A stretch of DNA of 62,276 nt, filler included, from Stramenopiles sp. TOSAG23-2 (Eukaryota): NCBI GenBank assembly GCA_900128395.1. It is 25 parts of 25 records of this genome, joined end to end, with 100 filler letters (N's around TTAATTAATTAA, not from the genome) between each part and the next. Parts side by side here need not be neighbours in the genome. Positions count along the whole stretch, not along the records: positions 52,448 to 54,830 come from LT651787.1; positions 54,931 to 57,313 come from LT651788.1; positions 57,414 to 59,795 come from LT651789.1; positions 59,896 to 62,276 come from LT651790.1; 21 more parts are not named here. One strand, 5' to 3'. A program made the position numbers and the translations under genes. A model generated the notes under the pieces. The model ran no database searches and was not told the origin of the DNA. It worked only from the letters and a program-made list of their open reading frames with translations. Positions 52,605-62,276 of this stretch are shown in pieces; within the stretch, counting starts at the first letter, position 1; every line of letters begins with the position of its first letter.

Positions 52605-54593
52605 TTACTGGGCATTACTTCGCTCAATTACAGCATTCATTAATTCTCTATAGTCACTACCATCATCTACAACAACATCTTCATTCATTGGTTTTAAAGC
52701 CGAATAATCCTCAGCACGGTTGATATTATTATATTTTTGATCTAATTTTGACCGAGCTATGGCTGCTGCTTCTTCATTTTCCTCTTCCATGATTTGATTC
52801 TCTATGAACATATACTCAGCGTCAGAGCTTAAAAACTCATCGGAGGTATCTATTAATTTTCGTATTTTCAATTTGTTTTCGATGAAATTTTTATGTTCGA
52901 CTCGATCGTTTCCATTTTTGCTACTATCATTATTATTGTCGCTCATAAACATCACATAATTTTTTTCTGTGTCACTTAATTGACTAAAATTGTTTATAAA
53001 ATTCCACAGCTTGTTATTGCCACCACTATAATCATCTCTAATTTTATCTAAAATTTCAGGTACATAATCCACGATCATTATGAGTATCTCATGAGCAACT
53101 TGTTGACCATGGTAATTGCGAACATTCAACAAAGTTGTTAACAAATAAACAAAAGCATCACATCGCACCAGACAATCTATAATATTTTCAAAGGCTTTAC
53201 AAAGTTCCAATAGTGCTTTGGACGCTGACGTTTGCCATCCATAGCATGCACGGCATTTTCGATTGTATGCATTTGCTTCCTCTATATTTTCAAAGTTTTT
53301 TTTAATGGCTACTTCAAATCGAAAACTATTTTTCTCATTGTTTTCCACAACAACAGCTTCATCAGTAAAATTGAAATCATTATCATTTTCTTTATAATTA
53401 CCCTTTCCATCCCCCTTGACACTTTCTTCTCTTTCGCCGATTATTTCAATGGTTTCTAACAGCGGCAATAAACCGACAACAATTGATGCACCGAGTTTAC
53501 CTTCGCGAACTAAAGTTTTTAGCATTTCGATAGCTTCATATTGCACTTGTAAATCGATACTTCTTAACATGTCAATAGCAACAGGAACAAAGGCTAACAA
53601 GGTATTGTCACGTGTTTTACGCCCACGAGAACCATCATTCCCGATATATTGATGCGGGGAATAAGACGATAGTAACATACGAGCAGCTTGTGCGCCAATT
53701 CTTCTGGCATGAGAGTTTTTACAAGGCAATAATCGAAGCAATCCACGAAGAACAACATGGGCATGTCGTGGATTTCCTGTACCTAATTCAACCAGAAGCG
53801 CGCGGCTGAATTCGCATATACTACTATCAGCTTGTTCATTTAAACAGTCAACAATCTTCAAAACCGCATCATTTTCACACAAAATTTCTTTATAAACACG
53901 CCCAGTAGCTGCAACACGCCGCAACATCTGTAGACCAGCAACTATGTCTTCCTTTTTCACCAATTTTCGATCCAAAGAGAATAGCTCTAAAGAAGTCATA
54001 ATGACACCTGTTTCCAATAACTCAGACAAATACGTTGAACCACTCGAAGCAACAACAAACGTACTTAAAACATTTAATTGCAAAGCAAGCTCAAAGCCAC
54101 TTCGATAACTCATTTTTAAAAAAGAAGAAAAACGCGATAATAGTAGACTGCCGCCGTTACCAAAGTCAGCTTCTATGGTTGCGCTTGTTTGCCTGGAATA
54201 TTGATGTAAAAAGTTTTCCAATATTTGCTTTCTTGTATTTCGGTTCCCAGTATCCCATTCGTTTAAAATATTTTGTAATGCACTTGGTAAATTGGCTGTA
54301 AAATTTACATGAATGTTCTGCTTGCTAATTTTTTTTGTACGAGGAGATATTAGGCGACTAACATTAGTGCTTCTACTGCTACGACTTCTTGAAGAATCAG
54401 AACTAATGGATATTGGGCGTTGATATTGTTGTACTGTTCTCATATTTTTTGCAGCTAAATTTGCATTATTAAACTTTTTAAAGTTTGGTTCTCCATTGAA
54501 TAATCTTGGAGAAAAAAATCGCCCAGCACGTCGATTTTGATTCTGCCGTTCGCTTGGAAAATCAAACAACTTTTTTCCTTTATATGGTTTCAT
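52605..54593 (-). CDS. ARMH1: Armadillo-like helical domain-containing protein 1 (C1orf228/DUF5578 family)
   Basis: LNEWDTGN..RKQILENF..QT..IEADFGNGGSLLLSRF..YKEILCE..GNPRH..V.RGL..LLPC..LQVQYEAIEMLKTLV parallels human ARMH1 throughout the core. Confidence 0.85.
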   Translation of the reverse strand: MKPYKGKKLFDFPSERQNQNRRAGRFFSPRLFNGEPNFKKFNNANLAAKNMRTVQQYQRPISISSDSSRSRSSRSTNVSRLISPRTKKISKQNIHVNFTANLPSALQNILNEWDTGNRNTRKQILENFLHQYSRQTSATIEADFGNGGSLLLSRFSSFLKMSYRSGFELALQLNVLSTFVVASSGSTYLSELLETGVIMTSLELFSLDRKLVKKEDIVAGLQMLRRVAATGRVYKEILCENDAVLKIVDCLNEQADSSICEFSRALLVELGTGNPRHAHVVLRGLLRLLPCKNSHARRIGAQAARMLLSSYSPHQYIGNDGSRGRKTRDNTLLAFVPVAIDMLRSIDLQVQYEAIEMLKTLVREGKLGASIVVGLLPLLETIEIIGEREESVKGDGKGNYKENDNDFNFTDEAVVVENNEKNSFRFEVAIKKNFENIEEANAYNRKCRACYGWQTSASKALLELCKAFENIIDCLVRCDAFVYLLTTLLNVRNYHGQQVAHEILIMIVDYVPEILDKIRDDYSGGNNKLWNFINNFSQLSDTEKNYVMFMSDNNNDSSKNGNDRVEHKNFIENKLKIRKLIDTSDEFLSSDAEYMFIENQIMEEENEEAAAIARSKLDQKYNNINRAEDYSALKPMNEDVVVDDGSDYRELMNAVIERSNAQ

Positions 54594-55288
54594 GATAAAG
54601 CTTCTATATGCATTTATTGATTTTTTTTCTTGGTTTAAGATGGTTGTTATTGTTGTTGTAATATTGTAAATATATTATTAATAATGATTTATTGTTTTTA
54701 TATTATTATAGTGCATTATTATATTAATGATAAATATTATTCTGTAGTAGTATCGTGTAACGTGCTAACGTCTCAACAATAGTAAAAAAAAAAAATATTA
54801 TTATATTTTTTCCATATAATAATACCAGGTNNNNNNNNNNNNNNNNNNNNNNNNNNNNNNNNNNNNNNNNNNNNTTAATTAATTAANNNNNNNNNNNNNN
54901 NNNNNNNNNNNNNNNNNNNNNNNNNNNNNNGATAGTTTTGAGATGAATGCTGCTGTGTAAAAACTAAAACTGTAAAAACTAAAAATATGTTACGCGTATT
55001 TTTTTAATATTTTTGAAAAAGAGTATTGATACGAAAAGTAATTTTATTAGTTTATCAGTATGATACATATAATATTATAATTATTGATAATATTATAATA
55101 CGAAACTATGAATATAAAAATAACTTTCATATCCTTTTCACCAGTGCATCGAATTTTTTTGGTTTAATAAAATCAATTAGAGAGATGGTCGTATTATTTT
55201 TATTTTTTTTTATAATGGTATATTTTACCTAGTATACGACTTCGTAATTAAACATCTCAAAACACATCGGCATATAGAATTTTAGGGT

Positions 55289-56743
55289 CTATGCCACTTT
55301 TAGTGTAACACCTGGGTTTGCAATTTTATCAATAACTCCATTTTCATAATATGTAACAACTCGTTTAAGTATACGTTCATATGCTTTTAATGTAGCAAAC
55401 GTTAACGTTTCGCCTTTACCAGTATTGTCTTTTTTGCATTGCTTGTCCAAGTATTTTGGTGTGAATGGCAATTTCATACTACCTATGATGGTTATGATTT
55501 GTGATGCCCAAAGATGAAAGAACTCACTTTGAAAATATTCGTATGTATATGTAGTTGAATCAAATGATGAGTTATCTTTTGAATGTTCACATAACGCATC
55601 GTAGTAAAGACGTAATGCATCCATATCAGCTTGAAAATTACTACCATCGACTGACATGGCAAAGAAATAAATTAAATCCCATGTTGGCCGCCCACCTCCA
55701 ACGAAGCCGAAGTCAACTGATTTTACTTTTGCCAAACCAGCATTGTCTTTTATATCGTCTCTTAGAAACATATGATTCCAACCGTGGCAGTCTCCATGAT
55801 TGATAGTTTGTATTTCTACAGGTGGAAACAAGACACGATTTCTTACCTCATCGTTTTGCATTACATTTATAAAATATGCAAGTGCTTCTTGTGTTTTTGG
55901 ATCACTAAGCCAATTCTTTCCACAATATTTTGTCCAAAGTTCATTTCCAAGTGCACTAGAATGTGCTTTCGTGGCATCTCGTAAAGTGTTGTCTTTATAC
56001 AGGGTAAGTTTACCTTTGAAAAACGGAGACATCGAAGGATCAACTGTTATTTGTAGATTGCGCAACCAGGTACAAAGCCTATTTTTACTTCCATCGATCC
56101 AATCAAAGTCACTTTGTTTTCCCCAATATGATGCATGTAATATAGCAAAATTATTTAATGCTGCTGCTATCCGGTCTTTACTTAAATTAGCTTGTTGCGG
56201 GGGTGATTTATAATCTTTCATGTCTTCCATTATAATACACGTCCTAAAATTTTGCCTAGAGTCGCGCATAACAAATTGCCTTCCAGATGGAACTTTAATT
56301 TTGTGATGACTTCGTACCGCACAGTATGTTTTTGGCATTGAATAACCTTTGTCAACTGCTATCTTATGATTTATTGCGTACCAGTTTGCTTCATTTGCTT
56401 GCATTTCAACCATAATGAAGTGACAAGCCTGCATAATAAGTCGTGTTATCATTGGGAACGCAGGATCTTTTAGATTATCTTCTGTTTTCAATACACACGA
56501 TTCAGGATGTTCGTCCGTAAATTTGCCGTCTGACCATGTCAATCTAAGCCGTATGATAGAAGGCCCTGATGCCCCACCACCATCTTCTTTAAATACTCCC
56601 TCTCGAGTTTCCGCCATAACAGGCTCAATTTTAAAACTGTCTATTTCTGCAGACCAATGTTTTCGTAAAAATTCAAGTGTTACTAACTTTCCATGCCACG
56701 GTATGTCGTTGACAGGTTTTCCTAATGAAAGGTTTGCTCCCAT
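55289..56743 (-). CDS. Ecdysteroid-kinase-like / choline-aminoglycoside phosphotransferase (APH/ChoK-fold) protein
   Basis: CVLK, EANWY, IIMEDM, FAILHASYW, Brenner-type HGDCHGWNHMF, VDFG, DLIYF, LRLYYDAL. Likely start MGANLS at 56743. Confidence 0.85.
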   Translation of the reverse strand: MGANLSLGKPVNDIPWHGKLVTLEFLRKHWSAEIDSFKIEPVMAETREGVFKEDGGGASGPSIIRLRLTWSDGKFTDEHPESCVLKTEDNLKDPAFPMITRLIMQACHFIMVEMQANEANWYAINHKIAVDKGYSMPKTYCAVRSHHKIKVPSGRQFVMRDSRQNFRTCIIMEDMKDYKSPPQQANLSKDRIAAALNNFAILHASYWGKQSDFDWIDGSKNRLCTWLRNLQITVDPSMSPFFKGKLTLYKDNTLRDATKAHSSALGNELWTKYCGKNWLSDPKTQEALAYFINVMQNDEVRNRVLFPPVEIQTINHGDCHGWNHMFLRDDIKDNAGLAKVKSVDFGFVGGGRPTWDLIYFFAMSVDGSNFQADMDALRLYYDALCEHSKDNSSFDSTTYTYEYFQSEFFHLWASQIITIIGSMKLPFTPKYLDKQCKKDNTGKGETLTFATLKAYERILKRVVTYYENGVIDKIANPGVTLKVA

Positions 56744-56824
56744 TATATCAAAATATCGTAGTTTTTCTTTGGTTATTTTATATGAACGTGTGTGTGTATG
56801 TGTTATAAACAATTGTAGCCAATG

Positions 56825-57313
56825 CATTACTCAAACTATGTATGGCTATGTATCCATTTTTTTTTCATTTTTTGTGTTGTTGCGTTGTAGATATTATTTA
56901 CTCGTTTCCAATTAAGGAAAATTTTGAACTAAGTTGCCAAACCATTTATATAATATTTTAATTTATTTAAGCTTACCTAGTACACTAGTACACTAATAAA
57001 AGAGTCTGACGACGCAGACGACTAGCTTACACTATCATATTATTATTTAAATACCTTAATTAAATTTTTATTTACATTACTCAAACTATGTATGGCTATG
57101 TATCCATTTTTTTTTCATTTTTTGTGTTGCGTTGTAGATATATTTACTCGTTTCCAATTAAGGAAAATTTTGAACTAAGTTTGCCAAACCATTTATATAA
57201 TATTTTAATTTATTTAAGCTTACCTGGTACACTAAGAAAAGAGTCTGACGACGCAGACCGACTAGCTTACACTATCATATTATTATTTAAATACCTTAAT
57301 TAAATTTTTATTT
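56825..57313. repeat. Imperfect tandem duplication (about 250 bp x2) upstream of the kinase gene
   Basis: Copies at 56825-57074 and 57075-57313 both begin CATTACTCAAACTATGTATGG; several indels and substitutions. Confidence 0.9.
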
Positions 57314-57413
57314 NNNNNNNNNNNNNNNNNNNNNNNNNNNNNNNNNNNNNNNNNNNNTTAATTAATTAANNNNNNNNNNNNNNNNNNNNNNNNNNNNNNN
57401 NNNNNNNNNNNNN

Positions 57414-59576
57414 ACCATAATGCGAGAAGATAAAATTGACTGTATGTAACCGTACGAAAAAACTAATAGTAAATAAAATAAATCCAAAATGAAAACAAAA
57501 TCGAAATCCAATGCATTGCCATACGCTTGCAATGCTACCAGCATTAGGTGGCAATGGTTCAATCAACTTTAACAAGGTTGCTGTATATATAAAAATACCA
57601 CCAGTCAACATTATAATGGCATATTTCGGTTGTGTCCTAATAATCGCTTTTTTTTTCTTATTTATCCATACATATATAATCGCACCGATTGTAGCAACGA
57701 TTGATACTACTACTACAACTATTGAAGTAACTATCCCATACATCACTGGATCGCTACCATGTTCTCTTCTTGCTGCCAATGTTACAACCGTAGTGTTGAG
57801 GTATTCGTTTGGAATTGATCCTTTTAAAATATTTATCAAATCTTCATTTAAGGATTGACATGCAGCATGACGTAATAGCAAAGGCTGTCGTTCCATTTCA
57901 TTTTCGTAACCATCTTTATCAAGGACATCTTTCATAAAGTTGGAAAACAACTGATTCATACGGTAATTTTCAAATTGAAAGTTGTCAATAAATTGAAACA
58001 TCGAGGCAGGCAATTGCGTCATTTCTTGATCAACAACTGGAAATTTTTTTCCATTCTTCACTACACTTGGTGCTATAATTGAAATTAAATTTTCAACATC
58101 ATAATTGCAACTACAAATAATGTCATGGTTATGGTTAATATCATTGTTTACAAATAATGACATATGATCTTCAGACCAACATCGGTTACAATTTGTTTTA
58201 CATGAAGTTGTTTCACCATTTTTCGCTTTAAATTCTACATCCAATGGAAATTGAATTTTCATCCGTTGTTCTCGACATGCTTGATTGTAATGTGAAAATT
58301 TAATATCAATAAATTCATATTTTGTATTAATATATTCAAAATATCGCGGGTCAGGATACCACCACCATATCATAACTGCTTCCTTGTTTTTTTCGCCAGC
58401 TTTATATATTTGAATCATAGCATCTCTAGATTTATATCCTCGTGCTTTATCTCCATTTCCCATTCGTTTAATAGTTTTATTGTAAAACATAAATGTACTA
58501 AAATCATCAACATTGCATCCATCTAATGAAATTAGCGCACCAGCACATGTTTGAGGGTATAATGTACAATTGTTTTCCTTATCATTTGCAAAATATCCTT
58601 TGTATAATATATTTGAATTACTACTTGTTTTATTATTAGAACGACTTTCATAATAATATGTATTATCAAATATTTTTTTCTTTTTATCAAGATGTTCACT
58701 ACTATCAGTATCGGTAATACTAGATAATCCTGGTAAAAAATTAAGTGTTGTTGGTATTGGGCATATTCGTTCAGGATCATCTGCTACTTTCCCAAAATAT
58801 GAATCACAATATTCTTGCCAACTTACTGGGCGTTTAAATGTATTTGCGATAAATTCTCTATTTTTATTATTTTCATAAAAATCAGAATTTGATAAACGTG
58901 GATTTTTTGAAACAACATCTTTTGGTACAAAAAAACCTTTTTTACCAATCAAACCTAACAATGACGATCTTAATTCAGGAGTCTCTACAACTTGGCTTTT
59001 ATCTGATGTCCAACCTTCCATTTTTATATGAGCGCATCGATCTTTGCAAAAACCTATATTTTCATCACAAAATTGATCCTTGTTCGAACAAGTTGCTTTA
59101 TATTTTTTACCTTTTGCAAGCGTTTCCGCATATTTATCTTCTTTTAATAACGTTCTTAGATCTTGCTCTGTTGATGAGTGTCCATTCGTCTCTTTATGCA
59201 ATGGTACATCATGCAAAAGTTGATCATAAAATCCACGAGATAGGCGATTATTAATTAAAATATTTGTAGGTTGATGAAGTATTTCCATAGCAAATATTTG
59301 TGCCATAAATGTTGTCAATGTTGGTGTTATCCATGATTGTGATAAAAATGTCACATTCTGTTTATATATTTTTTGTATTTCTTCTGACTTGGAAAATTTT
59401 GTAAGATTAAATGTTGATAAATATGCTTTTGTCCTTGCATTTGTAATTCTATTGATGTGATTGTCATCATCATTTTCTTTGCCAAAAGAAGAATTTGATG
59501 ATGTTGCAACGAAAGTATTAAGACAACCATTACGATATGGATTTAAACATCTTCCATCTGAGCAACACGACGGGCA
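57414..59576 (-). CDS. Class C (7tm_3, GABA-B-like) GPCR with a periplasmic-binding-protein-like ectodomain; 3'-truncated, 5' end unresolved
   Basis: TM1-3: IIYVWINKKKKAIIRTQPKYAIIMLTGG..WQC..FCFHFGFILF..FFVRLHTVNFIF. Ectodomain motifs SWIT, EIL, MEGW, LGLIGKKGFFVP, WWWYPDP, AACQSL. Frame is open up to 59576 (CSDGRCLNPYRNGCL). Confidence 0.72.
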
Positions 59577-59895
59577 TTATGTGTGTGTGTGTGTGTGCGT
59601 GTGTGTGTATATATATACATGTATATATATAAATGATGGACAATACAACCAAAGGTTTGTGAAGAGTATACCATATGTGAAAATTACATTCATATGTTAG
59701 AGTGAAATTTGTTGATTATAGTTAGGTATTATATGTATATATATGTGTGATACTTACATGTTGTATCTTCATAATAATTTTCAGCATTTATAAACNNNNN
59801 NNNNNNNNNNNNNNNNNNNNNNNNNNNNNNNNNNNNNNNTTAATTAATTAANNNNNNNNNNNNNNNNNNNNNNNNNNNNNNNNNNNNNNNNNNNN

Positions 59896-60714
59896 CATAT
59901 CTAATTTAATTGCTGGATTGGTTGCCTCCTTATCTACATAATCAAAAAATTGAAAACAAAATGCACAAACTCTTGTCATCTCATATGCCCTACAACCTCC
60001 ATTTCTCATCAAATGTGGTATTGTATCTTTAACGGGTACTTTAACATCAACTTTGTAATTTCGTTCTTCGTTTTTCTTGTTATTTTTTTCCCGCAACCTT
60101 GCTATAGACATTCTAGATACACCACCTGGTAAATTATCTAACTCAAACATTTGTCGGCAATAGCCACATCTTTCTTTTTTTATTTTTACTTTTCTTCCAT
60201 TAATCATTCCAGGTTGTGATTTCTTCTTTCTTTCATTTTTTTTATTTCGTTGATCCACTTTTAAGATTTCAATGGGGCGTATGGATCCATCCCCTAACCG
60301 TACCATACGCCAAGAAGTTTCATTACGATAAGTAGTTAAATTCAATGTTTCCCATTCGCGTTCATCATTTATTTGGGATAATGAATTTTTCCGTTCTCGT
60401 TCCTCTCGTTGTGCAGATGGTGATTGTGGTTTTCTTGATGATGGATTTGGAGATAGATCTTCATTTAACATTTTACTATCTAAATTAAAACTTGTTGGTG
60501 TATATTTAAACCATTGTCTTGGTGGTGGTTTCTTTACATCATAAAACATCGTATTTCGATTGTGTGCCATGGCTTCACTTACACGTCGTTGGGATGCACC
60601 ACCTACTGAACTTAGCATACCAAATGCATGTATAACAGATAAATATTCTTCTTTTGATAACGAAGCTTTTTTACTACCTTTACGTTTTTTTGTTTGTATC
60701 ACTACACGTCCCAT
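59896..60714 (-). CDS. Hypothetical basic protein with a putative CxxC..CxxC zinc-binding motif; 3'-truncated
   Basis: ATG 60714; CGYCRQMF..LPGGVS..LR..Y..VCAFCFQFF. Confidence 0.65.
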
Positions 60715-61614
60715 ATTTATTTATTTTTATTTTTAAATAATGTTATATATTACAATTAAACTTTAAATGTATTATCTTTTATATACATATATATATATAT
60801 ATCTTTTCCATGTAATCTTGTCTGTTGATAAAAAGGATTGATAAACGACGAGGCGATGCGATACAGTTGCCGGTCAATCTGTTCTAATCTACGTGTTATA
60901 TATTTTTATATAAATGTGTGTTCGTTCGGGTGTAACAACAAAACATGTAACAGCTAAAAATAATTAATATTCTTAGCACCTTACGATTTTGATGCCGCCG
61001 CCATGCCAGGCATGTAGCTACCGTATTGTTCTCATTGTGGCATATGGTATACCAGGTATAGTTTTTCTGAGGATAAGGTTTTAGGTTTTTATGGACACAG
61101 CATAGTACTAGCATATAGTCGTCTATACGCTCTAGTTAGGATATTATTAATACTGTATAGTAAACCCCAATTTTAGTTTCGTATAAATTGAAATAATACA
61201 GTATAGCTGCCCTCCAGCCTCCAGCCCTATTCACTGGTGGTATCTATTCACTACATATTCACCTGCTAAATTTTTGTTTGAAGTTTTTGGATATTGGTGC
61301 ATGCCAGCCGCCAGCCAGGGCAAGCCTTAGGCATGCTAAGGCATGGTGCATTGTTGTTAGACTAAGACTACAGTATCACATCATCATGTTGTGCATAAGT
61401 TACAAGTATATAAATACTATAATAGTTATTTTATTATTAATAATAGATTTATTTTAAATACGATCAACAATAAAATAAGATAGTATAAGATATATGTATA
61501 TACATTAATCATAGCGAACGATATTTTACATAAAGGACACACAAATCTAACAAAAAATACAACAACGCAAAAAAAAATTAAATAACAACAATCAAAATAA
61601 AGTTCAAAAAAAGA

Positions 61615-62276
61615 ATGACGAGATATATCAAGTTATTCATCACGATTTTAGTAGTAATTTCTATTATTACACTTGTAACTGTCGTTGACGCAAAAAAAAA
61701 AAACAAACCAAAAATTCCAAAGAAAACCATTGACGAGAAAATGGATGTAAAGAAAGATATGGAACAAAAAGCTGGTAAAGCTGGAAAAGAATGTTTTGAG
61801 GATACTAGCAAAAATGAAGCACAAAAGAAAAAATGCTCGTTAGACAAAACAAAGGAAGAAATGAAGAAATTAAAGGGTGTAAATGTTACAGACACGGAAG
61901 CAGAGGAAATGTTATTACAAGCTGGTAAAGACCGGGCAGCTGCTGTCATTAAAAACTGCACACGGGATGCTAATAATCCTAACGCAAAGAAATCATGTTT
62001 CACTAGTTCGGCAGCAAAGGAAGCATGCAAAGAATATAATGGTGGAGATGATTGTTCCAATACACAAATAATGGAAGGTATAAAAGATTTGACTGTGAAA
62101 GATGTTCAGGATAAAGTTTCCAGTTGTACTAAATCAAAAACCACTAGAGCTGAAAAAGAAAATTGTAGAAAAAATAAGCAAAAAGAGTTGAAAAAAGATA
62201 TTGCAGATTCACTCGGAAAAGGTAAAGAGAATATTAAAGATAGCGAAGTACAGGAAGTAATCAAGAAAGGTGCTAC
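61615..62276 (+). CDS. Secreted Lys/Glu-rich helical repeat protein with paired cysteines; 3'-truncated (absent from the ORF track)
   Basis: Manual translation MTRYIKLFITILVVISIITLVTVVDA/KKKNKPK.. is open to the window end. Repeats ECFEDTSKNEAQKKKC, NCTRDANNPNAKKSC, SCTKSKTTRAEKENC at about 50-aa spacing. Confidence 0.8.
   Translation, partial: MTRYIKLFITILVVISIITLVTVVDAKKKNKPKIPKKTIDEKMDVKKDMEQKAGKAGKECFEDTSKNEAQKKKCSLDKTKEEMKKLKGVNVTDTEAEEMLLQAGKDRAAAVIKNCTRDANNPNAKKSCFTSSAAKEACKEYNGGDDCSNTQIMEGIKDLTVKDVQDKVSSCTKSKTTRAEKENCRKNKQKELKKDIADSLGKGKENIKDSEVQEVIKKGA

Noticed and set aside
61578-62060. 160-aa minus-strand ORF
   Set aside because: Antisense shadow of the plus-strand secreted protein starting at 61615.

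Overview
This is not one contiguous locus. It is a pseudo-scaffold of 25 unlinked contigs (2410 bp falling to 2381 bp, i.e. sorted by length) joined by identical 100-nt spacers (44 N + TTAATTAATTAA + 44 N). The DNA is AT-rich, gene-dense and apparently almost intron-free eukaryotic nuclear sequence. Gene content (mitochondrial GOT2, OXA1 and bL17, lysosomal PPT1, RasGEF, an STE20/Hippo-like kinase, cilia-associated ARMH1 and CFAP298) fits a flagellated protist; a marine stramenopile MAG/SAG is my inference, not proven. No cross-contig operon or cluster can be claimed. Strongest leads: (1) an MLKL/HeLo-like N-terminal domain joined, across a one-base frameshift, to a catalytically intact TKL kinase; (2) a eukaryotic protein with two tandem SLATT 2-TM effector domains behind a probable SLOG remnant, an architecture known from bacterial nucleotide-signalling conflict systems; (3) a consistent non-coding pattern with TACGA..TCGTA palindromes in 3' flanks, CCAG/CTGG clusters in 5' flanks, and a dispersed TAACTTAGATTTTAACCA element; (4) unusual architectures such as a K2P channel with EF-hands between its pores, a CrtR-like hydroxylase with an extra domain and PTS1, and a PBP-type class C GPCR. 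All family calls come from motif recognition by eye; no database searches were run.
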